Source: Alkalispirochaeta sp. (GTDB lineage Bacteria > Spirochaetota > Spirochaetia > DSM-27196 > Alkalispirochaetaceae). From it: a stretch of DNA of 64,000 nt. Location: positions 81,524 through 145,523 of the forward strand of contig CBDESZ010000003.1 of assembly GCA_965242725.1 (NCBI GenBank), given 5' to 3'. Position 1 is the first letter of the stretch, and every line of letters starts with the position of its first letter. Under the pieces are notes generated by a model. It made no database searches. It had not been told where the DNA came from and saw nothing but the letters and a program-made list of their open reading frames with translations. Of the stretch, positions 1-9,308 are shown one piece after another. The translations under genes were made by a program, and so were the position numbers.

Positions 1-1
1 G

Positions 2-463
2 GCGACCTTCGGCATCGGCGGCGGCGCACACCAGTATTATAACCACGGTATATACCGGAACGGCTGGACGCACCTTGATCGCATCGTGGGTAATCCTCTC
101 CTCGTCGCCGTCGGCGAGGGCGAAGAGCTCCGCATTGCAAGCAACCGGGTGAATGCATACCACCTCGGATTTTCGGGTAACGCGACTGAGAACATTCGGT
201 ACACCGGGAAGATAACCTTTGCCACGCACAAACCGACGCAAATCGGTGCCCGTTATTACGCGCCGATCAGTCTCGTACCGGAAGGTGAAACGTGGGTGCA
301 GGTGAATGCGTTTCTCGGCGTGGAGATCAGCGAGGCATTCGGTAACGACCGTCTTGGGGCCAATATAGGCCTTGCCGGCGACTGGGGCGACATTTACGAA
401 AATACAGTCGGGTTCGAGCTGGCGTTGCGATATGCCCTGGGTGCTTCAGCCGCTGTGGAATGA
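2..463 (+). CDS. Capsule assembly Wzi-family-like outer-membrane protein, 5'-truncated by the window edge
   Basis: Frame open from base 2: HQYYNHGIYRNGWTHLDRIVGNPL...SNRVNAYHLGFSG resembles the YYNH..Y..GW...GNPL...NRV.A.H.G signature of Bacteroidota-type Wzi proteins; amphipathic C-terminal strands (GFELALRY). Confidence 0.55.
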   Translation, partial: ATFGIGGGAHQYYNHGIYRNGWTHLDRIVGNPLLVAVGEGEELRIASNRVNAYHLGFSGNATENIRYTGKITFATHKPTQIGARYYAPISLVPEGETWVQVNAFLGVEISEAFGNDRLGANIGLAGDWGDIYENTVGFELALRYALGASAAVE

Positions 464-466
464 CCG

Positions 467-492
467 TGGACCGACGTGAGGCGTGCGGTCCA
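467..492. terminator. Hairpin between convergent genes, possible bidirectional terminator
   Basis: tggaccg...cggtcca inverted repeat in the gap between two convergent stop codons; no U-tract. Confidence 0.35.
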
Positions 493-505
493 GGGTAATG
501 TGCCG

Positions 506-1267
506 TTACCAGACTGGATCTTTGGGGTAGTTGAGACGCTCAAAGTCGGTTTTGTATAATTGATACACCTGATCGATTTCTGTAGCTGAGAAGTACTTCG
601 CCAATTTCTCACCAGCCTGCGTCTTCTTTCCCGCCTTGTCCGTCGGATAGAGCTCGTCCAGAGACCTGCCGTCGGGAAGGACCAGACCCGCCTTATCCAA
701 AACGTATTGCATGTCCCGATTGAACGTCTCAACCCTGCCGACAAAGTCGTATTTCTCGGGAGGGATTACCATCAGGAGATATTGAGGCGTCCAGTGTTTG
801 TTATCCATCAGTCCGCCCGCTGAAAGGTACCGTACAAATGCCGCAAAGCCTTCCTGTGAGTCGTTTCCGAAACCCGGTATTCCCGCGTACGTTGATACCT
901 TGCCCGGCGCAACCTTCTGAAGCCACGCCGATAGGAGTCGCTCATAGGGATTTCTCACAAAGGTGAACTTGAAGAGCCGGCGGAACGCCCGCGCCTGCGT
1001 CCAGTCAAGCCGGGAGGGGCGTATAATTTCTTCCTTGATGGCGTCGACTTCGTCTACGGTTCCTTTTTGTATTTCGTGGAGGATCGCCACCACGGTTGTA
1101 TTGGCTGCTTTGGGTATACGATTGTAGAAGACGCCGAGATCCGAGTACACGGCGCCCCTCGAATCCGCGGACATGCGAGGAAGGAGATCGAGATTTGCCA
1201 GGGCAAAGGGTGTCCGGTACTTTTTGAGTGCCCGGTAACTCTGCGTCATGGTTTGTCGTAGCTTCAT
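506..1267 (-). CDS. Carbohydrate sulfotransferase (Sulfotransfer_2 family)
   Basis: RIPKAANT (5'-PSB), FTFVRNPYERLLSAW (3'-PB), HWTPQ, DFVGRVE, LYKTDFERLNY; start moved to ATG 1267, just after the upstream stop. Confidence 0.85.
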   Translation of the reverse strand: MKLRQTMTQSYRALKKYRTPFALANLDLLPRMSADSRGAVYSDLGVFYNRIPKAANTTVVAILHEIQKGTVDEVDAIKEEIIRPSRLDWTQARAFRRLFKFTFVRNPYERLLSAWLQKVAPGKVSTYAGIPGFGNDSQEGFAAFVRYLSAGGLMDNKHWTPQYLLMVIPPEKYDFVGRVETFNRDMQYVLDKAGLVLPDGRSLDELYPTDKAGKKTQAGEKLAKYFSATEIDQVYQLYKTDFERLNYPKDPVW

Positions 1268-1269
1268 GT

Positions 1270-2253
1270 CTAATAGTACTCCCACCGGGACAGATCAATT
1301 CCCGTTAGATCGGCGAGCCGCCTGTTGGATTCCCTGAAGGTTTCCGTGATGATTTTCTCCTGTCGTTCGGTCATGGTGATCGTTTCCGCTTTTCTGAGGG
1401 GGATCGCACCGAAGAGGCGAACAATCCCCGTCCGGAGCCACCGGGGAAGACGTATGCGGGCATTCCGTTGCCGCCGTGCCCGGCGGATTCCGGCAAGGAG
1501 ACTGTAGTCTCTGCTTTGCCATCCCCTTTCGCCGCGGCGTGTATTGAGGCGGGTCACCGTCGTCCCGGTATAATCGACATCCAGAAATGTGGCCATGAGC
1601 CGAAAAAAGCTATCCGGCTCTTCCTTCAGAAGCTCAAAGGGCAGTACGGCGACATTCTCCCGCCCGAAGACGTGCCAAAGCCCCTGCGCCACCATGTCGT
1701 AGTACAGCGGTGAGAGCAGGTGCGGGTAGGTCGCATCGGGCAGAAGGTTGGCGAGAAAACGATCAAGATCCCTGGTTTCTGCAATATGCCGGTAATAATG
1801 GGAGTAACCCTGGGCGTACAGTGAGGGGAGAAAATCACTCTGTCTGCGCAGGGTGATCATGACCTGCAACCGGTCTGCGTCGCTGAACAGCGCTTTCAAT
1901 TTCCTGAAAGACGAAAGCAGGTCATCCGTGAGCGGTAATCCATCCGAAATATCGCCCTTGAAACTCCTGAGAACCAGCTCCTCCAGCGAGATAAAGAGTG
2001 TTCCGTCACCGTCCAAACCAAACTCCGCGCGTACCACTTCTCCGTTCCTGAGGAAATAAAGCTCGTCCCGACGGGGAAACATACGCAAAAACTCGCGTAC
2101 CACAGGCCTGGTTTTGCTGGAACCGTCCGGTCCGTACTCCTTGCCGAAGTAGACCCAGCCGTTGTCACGGCAGAGGTCCGGAAAGACCGTTCCTTGCAAA
2201 GTGGTGCTTCCCGTTTTGGGGTAGCCGGGATGAATAATTACGCGTTCCGCCAT
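1270..2253 (-). CDS. Sulfotransferase-like protein
   Basis: IIHPGYPKTGSTTLQ, LFISLEEL, ITLRRQSDFLPSLY, C-terminal FRESNRRLA; ATG 2253 preceded by GGAGAG. Confidence 0.75.
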   Translation of the reverse strand: MAERVIIHPGYPKTGSTTLQGTVFPDLCRDNGWVYFGKEYGPDGSSKTRPVVREFLRMFPRRDELYFLRNGEVVRAEFGLDGDGTLFISLEELVLRSFKGDISDGLPLTDDLLSSFRKLKALFSDADRLQVMITLRRQSDFLPSLYAQGYSHYYRHIAETRDLDRFLANLLPDATYPHLLSPLYYDMVAQGLWHVFGRENVAVLPFELLKEEPDSFFRLMATFLDVDYTGTTVTRLNTRRGERGWQSRDYSLLAGIRRARRQRNARIRLPRWLRTGIVRLFGAIPLRKAETITMTERQEKIITETFRESNRRLADLTGIDLSRWEYY

Positions 2254-2358
2254 TGATCTCTCCGAGATCTTCGAGGGTACCACAATACCGGGTGATCGAC
2301 AGCCCTTTTCGACCAATCTTGATGATTACCGTTCTATCGGCTACCCTCTTGGAACGGC

Positions 2359-4182
2359 TTGAATAGGGAGCCGATACTTTTTGACAGGACAAGACGCGCC
2401 GTGTTTCGATCCGTTTGGAATCTGTTGGAAAAAAGTGACAAGATACGTTTTGTCACCCTCGTAATAGGGATACTTCTCACATCCATCATGAATATCGGTG
2501 GCGTTGCGTCGGTAATGCCATTTATTGAGGTCCTTACCACTTCGGGAAACGAGATCACCAATCCGGTCGTGGCGGAAGTTTTTACGCGTCTTGGGATACA
2601 AATGTCCCGGGCAACCATCGTATGGATGGGCATAGGCGTGATGGCCCTCTTCCTGGTCGGAAACTCCCTCCTCGCGCTGGTGACGTGGAAGAGCATTGTC
2701 TTTGCTCGCGCCGTTGCCTACGGACTTACGACGCGTCTCTTTGCCAGATACCTGCGCCAGCCCTACTCCTTCTACCTCAACCACAATACATCGGAGTTGA
2801 TGAAAAACCTTTTCGGGGAGATTAACTCCATCATCAACGGCGTACTGAAGCCACTTGTGGAATTGATGGTGGAGGGTGTTCTCGCCCTGGCGCTTGTTGT
2901 TTTTCTGGTGATCGTCGATCCGATCATTGCACTGGCGGCCCTTGCCCTGCTGGGCGGCGGCTATGGGCTGATATTTGTAGTCTTTCGCCGCATGCTCAAT
3001 AGGGCAAGCAAGACAAAGGTTCGCCGCAACCGCGACCGATACCGCGTCGTCTCCGATGCCTTTGGCGCAATCAAGGAGTTGAAGCTTTTGTCTCTGGAGC
3101 GTCGTTACATCGAACTCTATGACGGTATCTCCAACCGTTTTGAGATCGCAAAGGGACGCATACAGGGTATCGCCAAGCTTCCCCGTTACGCTCTGGAGGC
3201 GCTCGCCTTCGGTGGAATTCTCGGTCTCGCCCTCGTTCTCTTTGTCCGGGGCGGCAGTGCCACGTCGGTTCTGCCGCTGATGTCCGCGTATGCCGTGGCG
3301 GGATACAAGTTGCTGCCCGCGCTGCAGCGGGTCTTTGCGGCATTTGCCCATATACGGGGAAGTCACGCGTCTACCGAGCTTGTTGTCCATGAGCTCAGGA
3401 GGGCCGCCCCTCCGCTGGCACCGGTAATGGGGCCTGAAACGGTTCCCTTTGGTGACGCCATCGACCTGCAGAACGTGACATTCAACTATGAAGGAACCCA
3501 GCGTCCGGCTCTGACCGACATTTCCCTGAAAATAAGGAAGAACACAACCGTCGGAATCGTCGGACCTACCGGATGCGGCAAGACCACATTGGTGGACGTG
3601 ATTCTCGGGCTGCATACGGCGCAGTCAGGAACGATCACCGTCGACGGAAACAGAATCACGACGGACAATCTTTCGGGCTGGCAGAGACACTTCGGCTACG
3701 TCCCGCAGTTCATATATCTCAGCGATACCTCGGTGACACGGAATATCGCCTTCGGCGTTCCCGATGAAGAAATAGACCACGAACGCGTTCGCTTCGCCGC
3801 ACAGCTGGCCAATCTCCATGACTTCGTGCTCTCCCTTGATGATGGATATGAAACACAGCTTGGCGAGCGAGGGGTGCGTCTCAGCGGAGGACAGCGGCAG
3901 CGCGTCGGTATCGCCCGGGCTCTCTACAGGGATCCGGATATACTCGTCTTTGACGAAGCGACGAGTGCCCTGGATACCCATACCGAAATCGCCGTGATGG
4001 ACGCCATTGCAAAGCTGATGCACGAAAAGACGATTATCATTATTGCCCACCGCCTCAGTACGCTTCGGGATGCGGACAATATCTTTGTCCTCCGTGACGG
4101 AAGGATCGAGGTCGAGGGAACCTACGCCGATCTCAGCACGACCCATCCGCATTTTCTCAATCAGGAACCTCCCCGGCAATGA
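2359..4182 (+). CDS. ABC exporter (fused TMD + NBD), PglK/MsbA-like glycan flippase
   Basis: N-terminal TM helices; Walker A GPTGCGKTT, signature LSGGQRQR, Walker B ILVFDEATS, IIIAHRLST; glycan-locus context. Confidence 0.85.
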   Translation: MNREPILFDRTRRAVFRSVWNLLEKSDKIRFVTLVIGILLTSIMNIGGVASVMPFIEVLTTSGNEITNPVVAEVFTRLGIQMSRATIVWMGIGVMALFLVGNSLLALVTWKSIVFARAVAYGLTTRLFARYLRQPYSFYLNHNTSELMKNLFGEINSIINGVLKPLVELMVEGVLALALVVFLVIVDPIIALAALALLGGGYGLIFVVFRRMLNRASKTKVRRNRDRYRVVSDAFGAIKELKLLSLERRYIELYDGISNRFEIAKGRIQGIAKLPRYALEALAFGGILGLALVLFVRGGSATSVLPLMSAYAVAGYKLLPALQRVFAAFAHIRGSHASTELVVHELRRAAPPLAPVMGPETVPFGDAIDLQNVTFNYEGTQRPALTDISLKIRKNTTVGIVGPTGCGKTTLVDVILGLHTAQSGTITVDGNRITTDNLSGWQRHFGYVPQFIYLSDTSVTRNIAFGVPDEEIDHERVRFAAQLANLHDFVLSLDDGYETQLGERGVRLSGGQRQRVGIARALYRDPDILVFDEATSALDTHTEIAVMDAIAKLMHEKTIIIIAHRLSTLRDADNIFVLRDGRIEVEGTYADLSTTHPHFLNQEPPRQ

Positions 4183-6326
4183 AGCAGCTCTTTATCGTCG
4201 GGGTGGGGCGCAGCGGTACTTCGTTGTTGCAGAGTATGTTTGCCGCCCATCCGCGTGTTGCAATGCTGCCGGAAACGGGTTTCTTTCGGAGATATTGCCT
4301 TCCCGACGGGGGTGTCCCCTTTGACCGTCTGGAGGAGCTGAGGAACGAAGACGAACGGCTGCAGCGTATCCCCGGAACATGCTGGAGTCGCGTCGCCGAC
4401 GACCTGGCGCCACGGCGTGACGGGCGGTATTCACCGTGGGACCTCTATCGCCATCTTCTGTCATGGCGATTCTCCGCATGCGTTGCGGGGAAAGATGAAG
4501 AAGATATCCTGGTTTCCGGCGACAAGGATCCGCGGCTCATCGAGTTTCTTCCCATCCTTGTGCACATTTTTCCGGAGAGTCATTTCATTCACATCGTCCG
4601 CGATCCCCGGGACGTTCTGGCCTCCAAAATGGCTGCCGACTGGTCCTCCCGCCGCCACTGGAGGGCAAATCTTGCCGCAGGCGTATTTCAGCTTCACCTT
4701 GCCGACCGGTATGCGGCGCGCCTGCCGTCGTCACGGTTCCACGTCGTACACTATGAGGATCTTCTTGCACATGCCGAGCCGGTACTTCAGGGACTCTGTG
4801 CGGAGATCGGTCTGGACTACGATCCGCTCATGCTCAGTTTTTCAGACGCTGCGAAACGGCTGAGCGGAGGTGCGGTGGAGCCATGGAAAAAGGAAACGCT
4901 GGGTCCACTCCTCGCCGGCAACAGCGGGAAATGGAAAGATCGGCTTACGCCGGTACAGGTGCGTGCGGTGGAAGGAGCGAACCGCCGATGGATGGACCGG
5001 TACGGATATACCCGGGCCGGGACATGGTCGGCAGATCACACTCTGAATCGGGCGGCCGGGGCCGTTGGGGCTGCATTCTACAGCCGGTATCGGCAGCGCG
5101 TCGTCCATCGGGTATTATCTCGGGCGGCGAAAAGTCGGCCGCGGGGAACACCGTTGTCGGACACCATTCGTTACGCGACCGATCATCCCCGGAGCACGGA
5201 ACTCGGAACGGAGCGTGCCGGCCGATCCCGCTCGGTCCAGTCCGTCCTCCATACCTTCCTTGGGAGACTTGGATTTCCGGGAATGATTCTCTACTGGCTC
5301 TATCTCCTCCGCGGTTTAACGCCGCGATATGAGGTGTCGGGGTCGGTTCTCATCGCGGACCACGCCAGTGGGGTGGTGAAACGATCCGTCCAGCGTGTGA
5401 CGGGCTCTCCACCGGGGGGTACCGGGAACCGCACCGTTTCCCGAAGCGCCATCGTTACTGAAATAGCCCATTCAATCGGCGCCTTCCTCAACGGATATCG
5501 TGCCGTACGACCTGCACGGACGGGACAGTGGGCCGCAACGGCGAATCTCCTGTTCTTCTACGCTGCGGGCCGGGCGGCCGTTGACGCCATCGCACCTTCA
5601 GCATTGCTCATTTCACTGACGAGCGACCGGAAGCGGATCGGTCTCGCCCTTGCCGCGGCCGAGCGGGTCCTGCCCGTGGGAATCTATATCCTCGACCGGT
5701 ACGGAACTGGCAGACATCTCACAATTCGGCCGGACGTTCTCTTTTGCTTTACCGCGCGACAGGAGCGACGATATCGCCGGTACGCCGAGCGGGTCGTCAT
5801 AATGCCGTCACCGATGAGGGATATTGGAACGGTACCGGCGCATCCTCGTATCGGCGTGCTTCTCAACGCACGGTGCGATGTTGCTGCCGTCGCAACATTT
5901 GTATCGAAAGTCTCCGGCGAGCATCCGCACGCAGCGATTCGGGTGCGACCGCATCCGGGGTTTGACATGCGACGCCTCGGCGAAATTGAAGGTGCCGAGA
6001 TAACCGATTGGCGCATCCCCCTTGATAGCTTTTTCCAGGAGATCGATGTCGCATTTGCGCCGAACTCGAATGTCGTCATTGACGCGTTGCTTCACGGTGT
6101 TCCCGTGGTATATGTCGACGATCTTGACTACCTCCCCCGGGATGAACACGGTTTTGTCGCCGACGGCATTGTTATGGCATGGGAGGATGTCAACCGATTT
6201 CCCGAGGATGTAAATGACTTTTACGGAAGCGACGCCTTCCGCATTGCCTGGGGCACTATAGGATACCGAAACGATCCTGCGGCGGAGCAGCGGGCCGTAC
6301 GGGAACTGGTGGGACCGAAAGGATGA
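4179..6326 (+). CDS. Sulfotransferase (Sulfotransfer_3) fused to a capsule-synthesis GT-B-like C-terminal domain
   Basis: N-terminal GVGRSGTSLL, DKDP, IVRDPRDVLAS, YEDL; C-terminal RVRPHP and NSNVVIDALLHGVPV resemble KpsS/KpsC-type motifs; ATGA coupling to the upstream gene. Confidence 0.7.
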   Translation: MKQLFIVGVGRSGTSLLQSMFAAHPRVAMLPETGFFRRYCLPDGGVPFDRLEELRNEDERLQRIPGTCWSRVADDLAPRRDGRYSPWDLYRHLLSWRFSACVAGKDEEDILVSGDKDPRLIEFLPILVHIFPESHFIHIVRDPRDVLASKMAADWSSRRHWRANLAAGVFQLHLADRYAARLPSSRFHVVHYEDLLAHAEPVLQGLCAEIGLDYDPLMLSFSDAAKRLSGGAVEPWKKETLGPLLAGNSGKWKDRLTPVQVRAVEGANRRWMDRYGYTRAGTWSADHTLNRAAGAVGAAFYSRYRQRVVHRVLSRAAKSRPRGTPLSDTIRYATDHPRSTELGTERAGRSRSVQSVLHTFLGRLGFPGMILYWLYLLRGLTPRYEVSGSVLIADHASGVVKRSVQRVTGSPPGGTGNRTVSRSAIVTEIAHSIGAFLNGYRAVRPARTGQWAATANLLFFYAAGRAAVDAIAPSALLISLTSDRKRIGLALAAAERVLPVGIYILDRYGTGRHLTIRPDVLFCFTARQERRYRRYAERVVIMPSPMRDIGTVPAHPRIGVLLNARCDVAAVATFVSKVSGEHPHAAIRVRPHPGFDMRRLGEIEGAEITDWRIPLDSFFQEIDVAFAPNSNVVIDALLHGVPVVYVDDLDYLPRDEHGFVADGIVMAWEDVNRFPEDVNDFYGSDAFRIAWGTIGYRNDPAAEQRAVRELVGPKG

Positions 6327-7168
6327 TGGATCTGCTGCGACGGTTCAGGAAAAAAACGGCCGATGCAACACAGGAGCCGCCGCGAGGAGGCCCGCTCGAC
6401 GTTCTGTACAACGCGGCAGACGTTATGGCCTCGCCCTTTGTCGTTGCCGTCACATCGTGTATAGACGCCCTGGGATTCTCCTTTTCAGGTGACGGCTTGC
6501 CCGACGGGTGCAGCGTGCACCCCTATACCCGGACCATACTTGAGTACTCCCGAGGGCGTGTCGACAGGTACGCCGTCTCATCGTTGAGAGAGTACTACCG
6601 GCAGTTTCAGCCCGCCACGATGGCCGATCTCTTCCCCGAAGCCGCTTCTACGCCTGCGGCGACGTTGCCTTCCAATACGCATTTCACCCCGTGGTTTACC
6701 GGCACGCCCGACGACCGCGCGGAGCGAACGCGACGGGCGCTGCAACGGGAGTTTCCCGGGTTGCCGGAACCGGGAAATCCCCTCTTTGGACCGATCGACG
6801 ACCGCCAGGGGGAAATGGAGTTTGTCCGTCTGGTTGAAGTGTATCGATCGCTACGTGACAAGGGATATGTGCTGCCCCGGAACCGGCGAAATCACATTCA
6901 GGGTCTCGTCCTCCGTCGGGAAGGGGATTTCCGTTTTCTCGTCACCGCCGGGAAGCACCGCGTTGCAGCCCTCTCGGTGCTAGGCGTGGCGGACATACCG
7001 GTGGTCTTTCGGAGTCCCGTCATTATAGAAGTGCGGGATGTCGGGGCGTGGCCGTTTGTGAACTCCCACGGATGGAGTGAGACGGCAGCAATCTCCTATT
7101 TCGACCGCCTTTTTCGCGGGGTATCCGCCCGGGCTCTGAGTTCGAATTGTTCCGGAGGAGATGATTGA
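6323..7168 (+). CDS. Hypothetical protein with a ParB/Srx-like C-terminal domain
   Basis: YRSLRDKGY...HIQGLVL...FLVTAGKHRVAALSVLG...IPV matches the ParB_N pattern (S+..GY...DG.HR..A...LG...IPV). Confidence 0.6.
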   Translation: MMDLLRRFRKKTADATQEPPRGGPLDVLYNAADVMASPFVVAVTSCIDALGFSFSGDGLPDGCSVHPYTRTILEYSRGRVDRYAVSSLREYYRQFQPATMADLFPEAASTPAATLPSNTHFTPWFTGTPDDRAERTRRALQREFPGLPEPGNPLFGPIDDRQGEMEFVRLVEVYRSLRDKGYVLPRNRRNHIQGLVLRREGDFRFLVTAGKHRVAALSVLGVADIPVVFRSPVIIEVRDVGAWPFVNSHGWSETAAISYFDRLFRGVSARALSSNCSGGDD

Positions 7169-8333
7169 CTCGGTGAAGGCGGCAACGATTCAGCTCATTA
7201 CGCAGAATTACCCATCCCCCCGCTTCCCCGAGCGGGGAGCCTTTGTGGAGCGCCTCGCGCGGCAGTGGGAAGAGATGGGAAACGAAGTAACCATCCTGGC
7301 TCCCGATACGTGGGCTACGGTAGTGCGTTCACTTGGGCGATCTTCCCGTGAAATAGAAACGGCCGGGAAGGAGATCATCCGCCCCCGCTACATCAGCGCG
7401 GGAAACCGGTCGGGGGGACTCATTCACCGGTTTCGGCTGACCCGCCGCAATTTTGTGAGAGCGGCACAGAAGAGCCCGACGCCCTTGTCGCCGGCAGACT
7501 TTTACTACGGCAAGTTTCTCTTCCGCGGGGGTGAGGCGGCTCTGGCCCTGGGAAACCGGGCGGGGCGCCCCGCCTTTGCCGATCTGGGCGAGTCATGGTC
7601 GTTTCTGAAACTGGAGCGGCGGTCCCGGAACGATGCGATGTCCATATTGAGGGATCTGAGCGGAGTGATTTGTGTCTCACCCCGGCTCAGGGAGGAAGTG
7701 ATAGAGCTGGGAGCGGATCCGGATCGCGTTCTTTTCGCGCCGAACGATGTGGACCGCAGCCGTTTCCACCGCATAGACCGGCTGTACGCTCGCCGTCGTC
7801 TCGGTCTGCCGGCGGATCGCTTTATCGCGGCTTTTACCGGCCACTTCGTGGAACGGAAGGGGCCGCTGCGGGTCCTCAAGGCGCTTGAACGACTCCACAG
7901 CGGAGTCGGCGGCGTCTTTCTGGGCAGGGGTGAACAGATTCCGGCGGGGGAACACGTTCTCTTTGCGGGGGCCGTTCCCAACGGAGAGATGCCGCTCTGG
8001 CTTGGTGCCGCCGATGTCTTTGTCCTTCCCACACTGGGAGAGGGTAACTGTAACGCCATTAACGAAGCGATTGCCGTGGGCCTGCCGATCATCTCATCGG
8101 ATATTTCCGACATCCGAGGACAGGTGCAGCCGTCGTTCGGTGTCCTCGTCGATCCGACCGACATCGATGCGATTGCCTCGGCGCTGGACGGGTTGTACCG
8201 GGATGAGGAGCGGCGGCGATCGATGGCGGAGGCGGCGTATCAGTCGGTACATGGAACTGATGTACAGGGTAGGGCGGAAACGATTCTGCGTTTCATGCAG
8301 ACCGTCGGAAATTCAACCCGGGACGAGGAGTAG
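7161..8333 (+). CDS. Glycosyltransferase family 4 (TuaC-like)
   Basis: YPSPRFPERGAFV, GHFVERKG, ADVFVLPTLGEGNCNAINEAIAVGLPII (EX7E). Confidence 0.9.
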   Translation: MIDSVKAATIQLITQNYPSPRFPERGAFVERLARQWEEMGNEVTILAPDTWATVVRSLGRSSREIETAGKEIIRPRYISAGNRSGGLIHRFRLTRRNFVRAAQKSPTPLSPADFYYGKFLFRGGEAALALGNRAGRPAFADLGESWSFLKLERRSRNDAMSILRDLSGVICVSPRLREEVIELGADPDRVLFAPNDVDRSRFHRIDRLYARRRLGLPADRFIAAFTGHFVERKGPLRVLKALERLHSGVGGVFLGRGEQIPAGEHVLFAGAVPNGEMPLWLGAADVFVLPTLGEGNCNAINEAIAVGLPIISSDISDIRGQVQPSFGVLVDPTDIDAIASALDGLYRDEERRRSMAEAAYQSVHGTDVQGRAETILRFMQTVGNSTRDEE

Positions 8334-8336
8334 CTG

Positions 8337-9308
8337 ATGCCGCAATGGATATATATCGCCGGGAGAGGTCACAGCGGTTCAACAATGCTGGACGCAATGC
8401 TTGGCAATGTCGAAGGGGTGGAGAGCGTCGGCGAACTTGTTTCCGGTATGGGTCGTTACGACGACCTCTGCAGCTGCGGTGAAACCTTCACCGCCTGTCC
8501 TTATTGGCGGGAGGTGCGGCGGCGCTTCACCGATGACACCGGCCGTACCTGGGACGAAGCGGTCATGGTGACACGGAAGCAGGCGCATATATCGGCCTTT
8601 CCGGCGACGCTGTTCGGTCGGAGGCGCACCCGATGGGTGTCGGAGCTCACACAGGTCTCCAACGGAATCGCCCGAGCCGTTGCGGAGGCCGACGACGGGG
8701 CACACTTTATAGTCGATTCTTCCAAAGAGATTACCCGGGCGCTCTTCTTCCTGAAATTTGTATCCGGTTCAAAGGTGATCCATCTCATGCGCCATCCCGC
8801 GGCGATTCTGCAAAGTGATTATTACCGCCTCCAGGGCGGCGCGGGCTTCAGGTTGCTGCGGCGTTCGTTTTCTCCACGACGTTTCTTCGGTGTCATTCTC
8901 TGTATGCGGGTTGTCGCATGGATTGTGGGCAATCTCCTGGCCGATTTGACCCGTCAGTTTGCCCGGGATCGGTTTCTCCGCGTCCGGTACGAGGATTTCA
9001 TTATGGATCCCGATGTGACGCTTGCGCGGATCGAGACGTTTCTCGGTACGTCCCTTGCAGAAATAAGGAACCGCATATCCCGGCGGGACGAGTTTATCGT
9101 GGGTCACAACATCGGCGGAAACCAGATGCGCCACGCGGGTCGATTCGTTTTTGATCCCCGAAAGTCCAGTCGTTCAGGACTTCCCGTGCGCTACATCGTC
9201 ATGACGTGGCTCATGACGTGGCCGCTGCTTATCGCATATGGATATCGGGGACGGCCGCTGCCGGGCAGTCGGTCCGATCACGCCGGCGGTTCAGCTTCTT
9301 CTTCCTGA
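8337..9308 (+). CDS. Sulfotransferase
   Basis: IAGRGHSGSTMLDAML, CSCG...CPYW, VDSSK, IHLMRHP, VRYEDF, HNIGGN. Confidence 0.85.
   Translation: MPQWIYIAGRGHSGSTMLDAMLGNVEGVESVGELVSGMGRYDDLCSCGETFTACPYWREVRRRFTDDTGRTWDEAVMVTRKQAHISAFPATLFGRRRTRWVSELTQVSNGIARAVAEADDGAHFIVDSSKEITRALFFLKFVSGSKVIHLMRHPAAILQSDYYRLQGGAGFRLLRRSFSPRRFFGVILCMRVVAWIVGNLLADLTRQFARDRFLRVRYEDFIMDPDVTLARIETFLGTSLAEIRNRISRRDEFIVGHNIGGNQMRHAGRFVFDPRKSSRSGLPVRYIVMTWLMTWPLLIAYGYRGRPLPGSRSDHAGGSASSS

Noticed and set aside
2341..3615. 424-aa antisense ORF, and similar long shadow ORFs (11336-12394, 36842-37978, 37621-38802, 41068-42165, 52158-53162, 61059-62402)
   Set aside because: They overlap well-supported genes on the opposite strand, have no motifs, and are expected at high GC
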